DNA of 32,000 bases from Nitrosopumilus sp. GTDB taxonomy: Archaea > Thermoproteota > Nitrososphaeria > Nitrososphaerales > Nitrosopumilaceae. Numbering within the stretch: position 1 is the first letter of the stretch; each line of letters opens with the position of its first letter. The position numbers and the translations under genes were made by a program. Below, one piece after another: positions 24,278 to 32,000 of this stretch. Location of the stretch: the NCBI GenBank assembly GCA_965249555.1, contig OZ252243.1, positions 1,894,961 through 1,926,960 of the forward strand, written 5' to 3'. The notes beneath the pieces are model-generated. The model did not search any database. It was given only the letters and a program-made list of their open reading frames with translations, and was not told the origin of the DNA.

Positions 24278-24365
24278 ATCTGGGAACAAATCATAATAAT
24301 CCTGTAAAATCAAATCATTGAAAACCATGTACTAAACATAAATTTAGTCATTTGTGAGAATTTGT

Positions 24366-25466
24366 ATGATTTCAGGTTTTGCAACTTTTGAGGGAACTAC
24401 AAAATTTGCTCAGAATTCAGGCATAAATCAAACTAATTTCAAAAAGTTTGAAAATCTCACTCTTTCCAATGTCGGTATTGGAACATATCTTGGTGATCCA
24501 GATTCTAGAACCGATGAATTAGTTACTAGTGCTGTAAAACAATCCATTACTTCTGGAATCAATGTTATTGATACTGCAATAAACTATCGTTCTCAAAAGG
24601 CTGAGCGTTCAGTTGGAAAAGCTATTTCTGAATTAATCCAAGAAGAAAAAATTTCACGTGATCAGATATTCCTTAGTACTAAAAATGGGTATGTGACAAA
24701 TGACGCAGATGTTCAGCTAGGTTTTTGGGAATATGTCAAAGAAGAATATGCTCAAAAAGGTGTCATCAACGAGGGTGATATTACATCTGGGTATCATTGT
24801 ATGACTCCAACTTATCTTTCTGATCAGCTAGATCGTAGTTTAAAAAATTTAGATTTAGAATGTGTTGATTTGATGTATTTACACAATGCAGTTGAAGGTC
24901 AAATCAAAGATGTTTCAAAAGAGCAATTCTTAGAGAATTTGAAATCTGTCTTTGAATTATATGAACAAAAACGTGATGAGGGAAAAATCAAATTCTATGG
25001 AATGGCAACTTGGGAATGTTTCAGAGTTTCACATGATAATCCCCAATATTTGTCACTTGAAGATTCTGTTAACATGGCAAAAAAAATTGGAGGAGAAAAT
25101 CATGGATTCAAATTCATTCAATTGCCATTTAACATGCATTATGATCAAGCATTACTTGGAAAAAATCAATTACTTGGAACTGAAAACGTGTCTGTTTTAG
25201 AAGCAGCTGTAAAATTGGGAATAGGTGTTTTTACTAGCGTGCCATTTATGCAAGGACGTTTGTTGGCACCAGGTGCAATGCCTGAATTCAATGAGCTAAA
25301 ACCATCTTCACGTGCTTTACAATTTATTCGCTCATCACCTGGAGTTTTAGCTCCATTAGTTGGTCAGAAATCATCTGAGCATGTTTCTGAAAATCTTGAG
25401 ATAATGAAAATTCCACCCATGCCTGAAGATGAATTTTTAACACTAGTCAAGAAGCTTACTTCTTAA
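24366..25466 (+). CDS. Aldo/keto reductase family oxidoreductase
   Basis: Typical AKR segments are GIGTYLG, INVIDTAINY, LDLECVDLMYLHN, YGMATWE and FIQLPFN. I prefer the ATG at 24366 over the GTG at 24354. Confidence 0.85.
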   Translation: MISGFATFEGTTKFAQNSGINQTNFKKFENLTLSNVGIGTYLGDPDSRTDELVTSAVKQSITSGINVIDTAINYRSQKAERSVGKAISELIQEEKISRDQIFLSTKNGYVTNDADVQLGFWEYVKEEYAQKGVINEGDITSGYHCMTPTYLSDQLDRSLKNLDLECVDLMYLHNAVEGQIKDVSKEQFLENLKSVFELYEQKRDEGKIKFYGMATWECFRVSHDNPQYLSLEDSVNMAKKIGGENHGFKFIQLPFNMHYDQALLGKNQLLGTENVSVLEAAVKLGIGVFTSVPFMQGRLLAPGAMPEFNELKPSSRALQFIRSSPGVLAPLVGQKSSEHVSENLEIMKIPPMPEDEFLTLVKKLTS

Positions 25467-25534
25467 CCTGATCTCCATGTTTGAAATTTTGAAGAAAGAT
25501 ATTAAATGAGTCCCCCTTAGGAAAAAAGAGTAAT

Positions 25535-25903
25535 TTGTCCGCCAAGATTTATGATTATACGAAAATCTGTAATTCCATCTTATCTATTGATCCAAAAATT
25601 CGATTTGTAGGGGTGATTAATGAACGAGGTCGATTAGTTGCAGGTGGAATGAAAGATAATGTTGAACCTCTGGAAAGTGAAAAAGATGATGAAATGATTT
25701 TCATGGAACTTGCATTACGTGTTAAAATGAGAAAAGAGTTTGATAAACAACTTGGCCCTGTAAATTTTGCTATGGCTTCTCGTGAACGCGCTCTTGCAAT
25801 TAGTGCAATAATTAATGATGATATTTTGTATGTAGTATCTGAGCCTGATACTGATTACGGTTCTCTCCCAAAAAAAATTCTTGAAATCATTCACTCTAAA
25901 TAA
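25535..25903 (+). CDS. Conserved hypothetical protein, paralog of 8199-8579
   Basis: See 8199-8579. It has a TTG start, with a TATA-like GATATTAAAT about 30 nt upstream. Confidence 0.7.
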   Translation: MSAKIYDYTKICNSILSIDPKIRFVGVINERGRLVAGGMKDNVEPLESEKDDEMIFMELALRVKMRKEFDKQLGPVNFAMASRERALAISAIINDDILYVVSEPDTDYGSLPKKILEIIHSK

Positions 25904-26156
25904 ATTCTGTTTCCACTTTTGGGACTTTATGATCTTCTTAATTAATAATAGCGATCGACGATTATTGACATGTATTGGAATAAGAAATTAGATGGTGATT
26001 ATTTAGCCATGGTGGAACTAGAGAAATTGGCTCTTTAGTTGAAAAATCTGTTAACTGTGGCAATACAGAACTTGCGCCTTCAGATATAGAACATATTTTA
26101 AAAATGACATCTGATGTTACACTTCGAGTAAAATCCAAGTCTCCCGAATTAACTGT

Positions 26157-26411
26157 ATGAATTATTGTCATGATAGACATACTCCAATATACAAAATAAA
26201 ATACAAACCAACTATCTTTAGAGGTGTTTCTTCTGAATGGGCTGTCTGTGAAAAATGTTTTGGAAAACCAGAATTTTTTGGGTCGATAAATGAAATTGAA
26301 TCAATTATTTCTGTACACAATTCACAAGAGATTCGATTCCAAATTGAACATATGGCAATTATGACCAAAACAATTACTGAAAAAATCAAAAAAACTCTTG
26401 GAATAAAATAA
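26157..26411 (+). CDS. Hypothetical small protein (84 aa; CHDRH ... CEKC)
   Basis: ORF only, with a possible metal-binding Cys/His pair. Confidence 0.4.
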   Translation: MNYCHDRHTPIYKIKYKPTIFRGVSSEWAVCEKCFGKPEFFGSINEIESIISVHNSQEIRFQIEHMAIMTKTITEKIKKTLGIK

Positions 26412-26465
26412 TACTAGAATCCAACCTACCTGAATCTATAAATATAATTCATATGAGAAAAATTT

Positions 26466-26612
26466 ATGCCAGTAGATCCTGTTTGTGGAATTGAACTTGA
26501 TGAATCTTTAGCATTACTTCATGACCATAATGGACAAAAATTCTATTTTTGCTGTAATGGATGCAGACGAATTTTTATCAAAAAACCTCGTAAATATAAA
26601 AATAATGTTTAG
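26466..26612 (+). CDS. YHS/TRASH-type metal-binding mini-protein (48 aa), absent from the ORF track
   Basis: The translation is MPVDPVCGIELDESLALLHDHNGQKFYFCCNGCRRIFIKKPRKYKNNV. The pattern DPVCG-x..-G-x-x-(Y/F)YFC-x-x-x-C-x-x-x-F is the YHS/TRASH signature. It is below the 60-aa cutoff of the supplied track. Confidence 0.6.
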   Translation: MPVDPVCGIELDESLALLHDHNGQKFYFCCNGCRRIFIKKPRKYKNNV

Positions 26613-27559
26613 ATGGGAAAAGCTCCACACATTCTACAAAATTTTGAATTTTTAACTTCATGTTTACAATAGGGGCAAGTATTTTTTGCATGGTTATCCA
26701 CAGGTGATCCAAATAATTTCTTAAAAATTTCATAGTAATACATTGATTCGCTACTTCTGATAACTACCCCATCTTCTTTTTCAGTGATTAGTTTTTTTTC
26801 AACGAATTTTTCTTCCTTGATTACTGAATTAAACAAATTTGTAAGTCCGGCAGTTCCTGATCCATCTTGCATTGCTGATTTTTCTCTCCATGCAATCTGT
26901 TGTGGGATATATTTTTCAAATGTCTTACGTAGAATCCATTTACCATGCCTTTTTCCTTTCTCATTTTTTACTTTCAAATTGGTTGGAATTTCTTTAGCTA
27001 GTTTTACAACTGCATCATTTAGAAAAGGTGACTCGATGGTTACTCCCAATGCTTTCCCAATTTTTTGTGTCGGGAAATGCATTATCGAGCAAATTCTTTT
27101 GATCTCTTTTTCTAATTCGTCTTCTGGTTTGTTTATTAAAAAACTATATCCTGCAAATAACTCATCAGATCCATCTCCTGTGATGATGGACTTTTCACCA
27201 TTTACTTTTGCCCATTTTATTGCTAGATACATCACAACATTATTGCGAATCTCAATATCGTTGAAGTTCTTTAAAATCTTAATCGTATCTTCAATTGCCT
27301 CAAGAATTGTTGTGGTCTTAACGTTGTAAATTGATAAAGGCAGTTGCATTTCTTTTGAAACCATTTGACAATAAGTCAGATCTGTTGAAACAAAATCTTC
27401 AGTAATTACTGCAACCGTCTTTGGTTTTCTTTGTTTTAGAAAATATGCGATGATTGAACTATCTAATCCCCCAGATAATGAAATCAAATTTGATTTACAG
27501 GCATTGCACGATTCTTCTAAAATTCTATAAAGATTTTTGGAGACTGGGTCCAATATCAA
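26609..27559 (-). CDS. Asparagine-synthetase-like PP-loop ATPase (synthetase domain only) with C-terminal Zn ribbon
   Basis: The PP-loop is LSGGLDSS. It has TGDGSDELFAGY and W.REKSAMQDGSG. The C-terminus is CPYCKHEV....CRMC. There is no N-terminal Ntn glutaminase domain. It has a TTG start. Confidence 0.8.
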   Translation of the reverse strand: MILDPVSKNLYRILEESCNACKSNLISLSGGLDSSIIAYFLKQRKPKTVAVITEDFVSTDLTYCQMVSKEMQLPLSIYNVKTTTILEAIEDTIKILKNFNDIEIRNNVVMYLAIKWAKVNGEKSIITGDGSDELFAGYSFLINKPEDELEKEIKRICSIMHFPTQKIGKALGVTIESPFLNDAVVKLAKEIPTNLKVKNEKGKRHGKWILRKTFEKYIPQQIAWREKSAMQDGSGTAGLTNLFNSVIKEEKFVEKKLITEKEDGVVIRSSESMYYYEIFKKLFGSPVDNHAKNTCPYCKHEVKNSKFCRMCGAFPI

Positions 27560-27663
27560 ACGTATAGTTTTGAAATTAAAATAGCTATGCCTAATGATTC
27601 TTTTGTGACTAATTCAGCTTATCATTGTAAACTTTAAATTCTTTATAGCGTGATTGAGAATTA

Positions 27664-28080
27664 ATGCTACTCCCTGCTGAAATTGAATCTAAAACTCTAA
27701 TTCCTGCATTACGAGCAATTCTTGCAAAAAAACTTGCTGAAGATCATAACATTAGAGAAGATGAAATTTCTAAAATGCTTGGAGTCACTCAAGCCGCAAT
27801 TAGTAATTACATTCGTGGAACAAGAGGTGATCCTTCTTTGATTGCAAAACTTTTAGCAGAAAAACAAGTTGCAATTATGATCAATGAACTAAGTGATAGC
27901 CTTTCATCAGATATGGCTTATACTCCATCCAATCTTTCAAAATTTATTGGTCTTTGCAATTATATCAAATCTAGTTTGTTGATATGTGAGATACATCATA
28001 ATCTAGAATCAAACATAGATGAACAAGTATGCAAAGAATGTGAAAATATGCTTCTTAAAGGTCCTGGAAGCGTTTACTAA
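27664..28080 (+). CDS. XRE-type HTH transcriptional regulator with C-terminal Cys motif
   Basis: The HTH is EISKMLGVTQAAISNYIRGTRG. The C-terminus has C..H ... CKEC. It is divergent from the AsnB-like gene. Confidence 0.7.
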   Translation: MLLPAEIESKTLIPALRAILAKKLAEDHNIREDEISKMLGVTQAAISNYIRGTRGDPSLIAKLLAEKQVAIMINELSDSLSSDMAYTPSNLSKFIGLCNYIKSSLLICEIHHNLESNIDEQVCKECENMLLKGPGSVY

Positions 28081-28391
28081 ATTTTATTTAAAATAATTTT
28101 GATAGTCGATGTCATCCTGCCAATACCTGCAGCTGCCACTGTATCGAGGGTGATTTTTTGAACTTTGGAATTTCCTTTTAGCATTTTTTCTGTAATGATA
28201 TTTGCAACTGCCACTGCATTTGGAATTGAATTTCCATTTGCTTTAAGAATAACTTGATTTTTGCTTCCCAGTATAGATAAAACATCAATGGTTGATTGCA
28301 TTACAGGGTCATTTCCAATAGTTATTATGGTTTCCTCAGACTTGTTGGTCTGCTCTTGACCATATGGTTCATTTGTCTCTTCCATGAGCAT
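28077..28391 (-). CDS. albA: Alba-family DNA/RNA-binding protein
   Basis: The pattern ..NQVILKANGNSIPNAVAVANIITEKMLKGNSKVQKITLDT.. matches the Alba core (..v.ikArG.aI.kAVdvAeiv..r....v.v..i.i.t). Confidence 0.8.
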   Translation of the reverse strand: MLMEETNEPYGQEQTNKSEETIITIGNDPVMQSTIDVLSILGSKNQVILKANGNSIPNAVAVANIITEKMLKGNSKVQKITLDTVAAAGIGRMTSTIKIILNKI

Positions 28392-28442
28392 TATTCAACA
28401 ACCAGCAATTTTTTGTTCTTTTAAGTTTTATCGATCAATGAT

Positions 28443-28931
28443 TCATTTTTCAAAGTAATCAATTGGAATGTTCTGATAATCTCCATTTGGAAGCACTCTT
28501 CTGATTGTGATTGGAATCACTCTTTGTTCAAGTTCTTCCATTGAAATATCCAATGAAATCCTTGCGGTTTTTGGAATTGAAATGAATGGCGGTGCTCCTA
28601 AAGACAACTGCAATGCTCTTGCCCCCATAATTCTGGCCTTTTCAAATCTTGTTAATGTTGGTGGCCCAATTGTGATTTTATTTTTTTCACAAGGAATCTC
28701 CACTGGATCATGTTCTACTACCTTTTCGACAACTTCTCTTCCTTCGATTGTGTCTATTCTTTTTTGAAGATTTTCTTGTTCTTTTTCAGTTAATGGGTCT
28801 GCACCTTTTTTCTCAAATAATTTACGATAAGTATCTAGTGCCTTTGTCAGTCCTGCATTTTCTTCTGTCTCTTCATTAACAACTTCGGTTTCTGGAGATT
28901 CTAACAATTTAGTTTCTTCAGCATTAGGCAA
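28443..28931 (-). CDS. rpoK: DNA-directed RNA polymerase subunit K (Rpo6/RpoK) with long charged N-terminal extension
   Basis: The core is LTRFEKARIMGARALQLSLGAPPFI ... VIPITIRRVLPNGDY. The GTG at 28991 would overlap the divergent gene at 28984. A TATA-like AATATATAAC lies about 25-30 nt before the TTG at 28931, so I prefer that start. Confidence 0.85.
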   Translation of the reverse strand: MPNAEETKLLESPETEVVNEETEENAGLTKALDTYRKLFEKKGADPLTEKEQENLQKRIDTIEGREVVEKVVEHDPVEIPCEKNKITIGPPTLTRFEKARIMGARALQLSLGAPPFISIPKTARISLDISMEELEQRVIPITIRRVLPNGDYQNIPIDYFEK

Positions 28932-28983
28932 GTAACAAAATTTTCTTAAAACGTTATATATTCTAATCATTTTAAAGTACGAA

Positions 28984-29370
28984 TTGGGCACATCTTCAGT
29001 CTCACGAAAACAATTAATTTTGGAAATTCGAGGAAAGGCAAAGATTTCATGTGATCTTAAACGTCATTTGTCTCCTCGAACTGTTGGAACTATAATGAGA
29101 TCTTTGCCATTAGAGGGACATGCTCATCTCTTAGGAAAAAGTATTTTGTATTTTGAAACTACAGTTGATTCTGGAATTGAGAGAGCACGATCTGAATTCA
29201 AGAAAGGCGATGTTGCATTTTTACCATCATCTGGAAGCATCTGTTTTTTTACCAATAATGTAACATCTGGTAAAACTATGACGCCTATAGGAAAATTAAG
29301 TGGTAACATTGATGCATTAGATGATGTTAAATCTGGAGATGTATTTCATATCTATGAAGAAACTACCTGA
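28984..29370 (+). CDS. Cyclophilin-like fold protein (TM1367-like family)
   Basis: The pattern LEIRGKAKISCDL....PRTVGTIMRSLPLEG ... FKKGDVAFLPSSGSICFF ... PIGKLSGNIDALDDVKSGDV resembles the Cyclophil_like family layout, recalled from memory. Confidence 0.6.
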   Translation: MGTSSVSRKQLILEIRGKAKISCDLKRHLSPRTVGTIMRSLPLEGHAHLLGKSILYFETTVDSGIERARSEFKKGDVAFLPSSGSICFFTNNVTSGKTMTPIGKLSGNIDALDDVKSGDVFHIYEETT

Positions 29371-29663
29371 TACAAATGATGTCCTGAATATCCACCAACA
29401 CATTTTACAATTCCTTTATTGGCAGATTCTTTTAGAAATGCATTTGCTGCAGAAATTTTGACTCCTGTCTGTCTTGCAAGATCTTGAACTGTGACTACTT
29501 TGGAGTTTTGAATAATTTTCATTGCTTGCTGTTCATTTACCATAACTGTGATCTCTGCTTTTCTTGGACCTCCTTCACCTTTGTCTTTCCTTCCTTTTTT
29601 TGAGTCCTTTGTATTTGATGACTTGTCTTTCTTTGCTGTAGTTGGTTTTTTTGCTCCGCCCAT
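29352..29663 (-). CDS. rps25e: Ribosomal protein eS25 (S25e)
   Basis: It has a Lys-rich N-terminus (MGGAKKPTTAKKDKSS..). The wHTH region is KVVTVQDLARQTGVKISAANAFLKESANKGIVKCV. I prefer the ATG at 29663 over the ORF-track start at 29720. Confidence 0.85.
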   Translation of the reverse strand: MGGAKKPTTAKKDKSSNTKDSKKGRKDKGEGGPRKAEITVMVNEQQAMKIIQNSKVVTVQDLARQTGVKISAANAFLKESANKGIVKCVGGYSGHHLYQVVSS

Positions 29664-29786
29664 AGTTTGAGAAAAAAATATTCCTCTTATAAACGATGAA
29701 CCATCCTTTTGAGTTACCATTTTATCAAAAATTCAAAAAATTCTAATTATTTTCAAATATAAATAACATCTCAGTCATTTGATTAT

Positions 29787-29999
29787 ATGGGAATTATATC
29801 AAAAGGTGCAAAATGCAATGTTGATGGATGTGACAAAGATGGCACTCGTTCTCTAAATACAGCTAAAGTTGAACGTGCCGGACTTCGAGTAAATTCCACA
29901 GGCAAAAAAACAGTTCTTTGCAAAGAACACTACAAAGAATGGAAAAAAGAATCTAAAGATGATAGAGATCTTGAACGTGCCCGTTATGACAAGTTTTAG
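29787..29999 (+). CDS. Small conserved-looking Cys protein (CNVDGC ... CKEH), function unknown
   Basis: 70-aa ORF with an ATG start. It has a possible Zn-binding C-x4-C ... C-x2-H. Confidence 0.5.
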   Translation: MGIISKGAKCNVDGCDKDGTRSLNTAKVERAGLRVNSTGKKTVLCKEHYKEWKKESKDDRDLERARYDKF

Positions 30000-31084
30000 T
30001 TTTTTGATCTCTTTATGTTAACTGCTGGATTATTGAAATAGTCGCTACTCAATTTATCATACATCTTGCCTAATTTCTTGTAAAGTCGTTTGGGTTTTCT
30101 TGCTTTCTGATTACTTAGAACATATAATGCAAGAATTGGAAATGCAATTGTCGAATCAGTATAAACTGTTATCAGTCCCTGATCTGAATGTCGAACTTTG
30201 CCCCAACTTTTTCCTTCTTGCAGTGTTGCACCAGATAATCCTCCTGTGTCTGGTCGTGCATCTGTAATTTGAATAACGTAATCTTGCCCTCCATCATCCC
30301 TTCTTAGTATTTGATCTAATAGAGGAGCTGTTTGCTGAGCCGTGTTCTTTGGTACTCCTCCACCTAGTTCTAAAATTCCTGATTTTTTTGAATTATAAAG
30401 AATTGCTGCTTGTTCAATAATCTCTCTAACAAAATCTAGACTGAATATCTTATTTTCTAGTCTATGAACTACCAAATTCAATGCTAATGATGAATCCTTT
30501 ATTGTGGAAATGTATACTGGAACATCATATTCATATGCCGCTGCAATGAAACTCTTTTCAGGATGTTTTGATTTCTCTTTACTTTTCTTTCCCATCAAAT
30601 TACAAAATTCTGCAGTTGTAAATGGCTTGTCTTGAAAGTCTGATTCAAACATTTTCTGAATAACTTGATCTTCTGCTTCCAATGTTTCATAAAACTTGAT
30701 GTATACATCTCTGATTCTGACAATCTCATTTTCATACAATTTTCCATCATCAACAACAGAACTTCCTTGTTTAACAGGTAATCCCCATGCAAAATGATCT
30801 TCATGATAGACGTTAGCCCCAGTTGTAATAATCCAATCTACGAATCCTCTCTCGATTAATGTTTTAATGATTCCTCCAAATCCAACTGGTGTCATTGCAC
30901 CAGCTACTGTGAGACAAATTGTTGCATCTTCTTTGATCATTTTGGCATAAAGTTTTGCCGCCTCTCCAAGTTTTCTTCCATTATATCCTGAACTTGCAAA
31001 TACATCAACCAAATCCTCAATAGTCATATTTTCATCTAATTTTATGTGAGGAATGTCTTTACCATGAAATTTGTGTGGATCCAC
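29996..31084 (-). CDS. dys: Deoxyhypusine synthase
   Basis: Motifs are AGAMTPVGFGG, TTGANVYHEDH, ELGGGVPKN and TGGLSGATLQEGKSWGK, the last containing the catalytic Lys. The start is ambiguous. GTG at 31084 has a TATA-like TTAATTATAG about 27 nt upstream. TTG at 31159 is the ORF-track start. Confidence 0.9.
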   Translation of the reverse strand: MDPHKFHGKDIPHIKLDENMTIEDLVDVFASSGYNGRKLGEAAKLYAKMIKEDATICLTVAGAMTPVGFGGIIKTLIERGFVDWIITTGANVYHEDHFAWGLPVKQGSSVVDDGKLYENEIVRIRDVYIKFYETLEAEDQVIQKMFESDFQDKPFTTAEFCNLMGKKSKEKSKHPEKSFIAAAYEYDVPVYISTIKDSSLALNLVVHRLENKIFSLDFVREIIEQAAILYNSKKSGILELGGGVPKNTAQQTAPLLDQILRRDDGGQDYVIQITDARPDTGGLSGATLQEGKSWGKVRHSDQGLITVYTDSTIAFPILALYVLSNQKARKPKRLYKKLGKMYDKLSSDYFNNPAVNIKRSKN

Positions 31085-31200
31085 TTTTAAAAAATAACTT
31101 TTTGCTATAATTAATACTTGCGCAAGAATTCTTTTACATATGATATTCTGAACTTTCAAGCAAACATTACTTATGTATGAATAACATATACTGATACTAA

Positions 31201-31533
31201 ATGACTATCGTTGATTTGCATGATCCACAGCGAGTAAATAGAACGCCTGATGATGTTGAGGTTTTACTCTCCTCTGGAGATTTTATTCAAGACGGATTTA
31301 GAATATCTAAAGTTGAATTACGTCTTTACAATGAAAGATCTGATGAAAAGTTGGGAGATTATTCATTGATTACCTCTTTTGTTGAGACTGACAAGGGTTC
31401 TATTGAAATGATTTATGATGAAGGATTCCGTGGAAAAAAACCTCTTTTCAGAGCGGCTGAATTTCTTACTTCTAATTTAGGAATATCTGCACTGATTTTA
31501 CGCTCAATTATCTCACTACGTGAAAAAACATAA
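31201..31533 (+). CDS. Hypothetical protein (110 aa)
   Basis: ORF only, with an ATG start. It is divergent from dys. Confidence 0.5.
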   Translation: MTIVDLHDPQRVNRTPDDVEVLLSSGDFIQDGFRISKVELRLYNERSDEKLGDYSLITSFVETDKGSIEMIYDEGFRGKKPLFRAAEFLTSNLGISALILRSIISLREKT

Positions 31534-31844
31534 AACATTCTCATGAATTTCTGTAATTTCAATTACAAACAACTTGTTTTATTACATTTGTTCCTAATAT
31601 TTCTGAAATGAGTTTAACTTCACAGACCTCAAAGTCTGATAACGTATATGATAATGAAATGCACAAATTAAACACTGAACTACAAATCGCATTATTGAAA
31701 TGGAAACTAAGATCCTTCAAGAAGCCATGCTGTGGAATATGCACTAAAAGCACTTGGAAATCAATAACCATGAAAATATCTTATTTTATTGGGTTTTTGG
31801 CTATGTGGAAAAACTATATTAAACTAAATTAGTTATTTCAAAAC

Positions 31845-32000
31845 ATGAAAAGAAACTCTGCATTTGGTCATTGGACAGAAGAGGAAACAAACTGGTCAGA
31901 AAAAGACACTGCTTTCATAGATGCTACTATAAACAAGAAAAACAATGGAATTCCTACTAATCTTAAAGAAATAAAAGAGCTTCATGAATCACTATCTTAT
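31845..32000 (+). CDS. Hypothetical protein, 3' end outside window
   Basis: The frame from the ATG at 31845 (MKRNSAFGHWTEEETNWSEKD..) is open to the window edge. Confidence 0.3.
   Translation, partial: MKRNSAFGHWTEEETNWSEKDTAFIDATINKKNNGIPTNLKEIKELHESLSY

Noticed and set aside
23500-24328. Three minus-strand ORFs inside or at the end of the ParB-like gene
   Set aside because: They are antisense shadow frames of a CDS with clear ParB motifs.
24952-25200. 82-aa plus-strand ORF in an alternative frame of the aldo/keto reductase gene
   Set aside because: It is an overlapping frame within a supported CDS.
22787-25500. A direct repeat of the tRNA 3' half that would mark an integrated element (attL/attR)
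   Set aside because: I found no second copy of GGGTTCAAGTCCCACCCCTGAC or a substantial part of it in the window. The shared octamer GATTTCGT between the tRNA and the IS6-like tail is too short to interpret.
25962-26180. The 72-aa minus-strand ORF, and a ~50-codon plus-strand open frame (..VEKSVNCGNTELAPSDIEHILKMTSDVTLRVKSKSPELTV*) ending in an ATGA overlap with 26157
   Set aside because: The minus ORF has no motif and a poor context. The plus frame looks more protein-like but has no start codon before its last 18 codons. Neither can be supported as a gene.
26784-27329. 181-aa plus-strand ORF
   Set aside because: It is antisense to the AsnB-like PP-loop ATPase, which has unambiguous motifs. 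The ORF is Phe/Ser/Ile-rich low complexity.
31559-31832. Overlapping ORFs 31559-31771 (-) and 31608-31832 (+)
   Set aside because: They are mutually exclusive. Both are low-complexity with no motifs, and I cannot decide which is real, if either.
1-32000. CRISPR arrays, rRNA genes and long tandem repeats
   Set aside because: I saw no regularly spaced direct repeats and no rRNA-like sequence on either strand when reading through. The only long repeats are the IS-associated ones reported above.

Overview
This is an AT-rich archaeal chromosomal segment. By eye it fits an ammonia-oxidising thaumarchaeon (Nitrosopumilales-like); no database search was possible. Conserved housekeeping genes are aEF-2 (5' end outside the window), PurP, RpoK, ribosomal protein eS25, Alba and deoxyhypusine synthase. 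Other recognisable genes are a TrkH-type K+ transporter with fused CBS domains, a bifunctional-nuclease-family protein, an aldo/keto reductase, an O-methyltransferase, an AsnB-like PP-loop ATPase, and a blue-copper (cupredoxin) protein with a PEFG-type C-terminal anchor. These are interspersed with many short lineage-specific ORFs, including Zn-ribbon proteins, wHTH-like proteins, coiled-coil proteins and two paralogous ~125-aa proteins. The main anomaly is mobile DNA. An apparently intact IS3-family element lies at 5962-7192, with TG..CA inverted repeats, orfA/orfB and an A7 slippery run. A ~5 kb IS nest lies between purP and a tRNA gene (17666-22700). The nest holds a frameshifted IS5/IS4-like element and an IS6-like transposase. 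Two 192-bp inverted repeats (190/192 identical) bracket that transposase together with a translationally coupled cassette of a small protein and a retropepsin-like aspartic protease. The nest also holds a multiply frameshifted IS110-family transposase, a third diverged fragment of the IS6-like tail, and a hicBA toxin-antitoxin pair. The adjacent tRNA carries an extra 20-nt hairpin segment between the anticodon and T arms. No CRISPR array or rRNA was seen. The best candidate for an uncharacterised system is the mobile small-protein/retropepsin-like cassette. Its function is unknown and my calls rest on motif recognition only.
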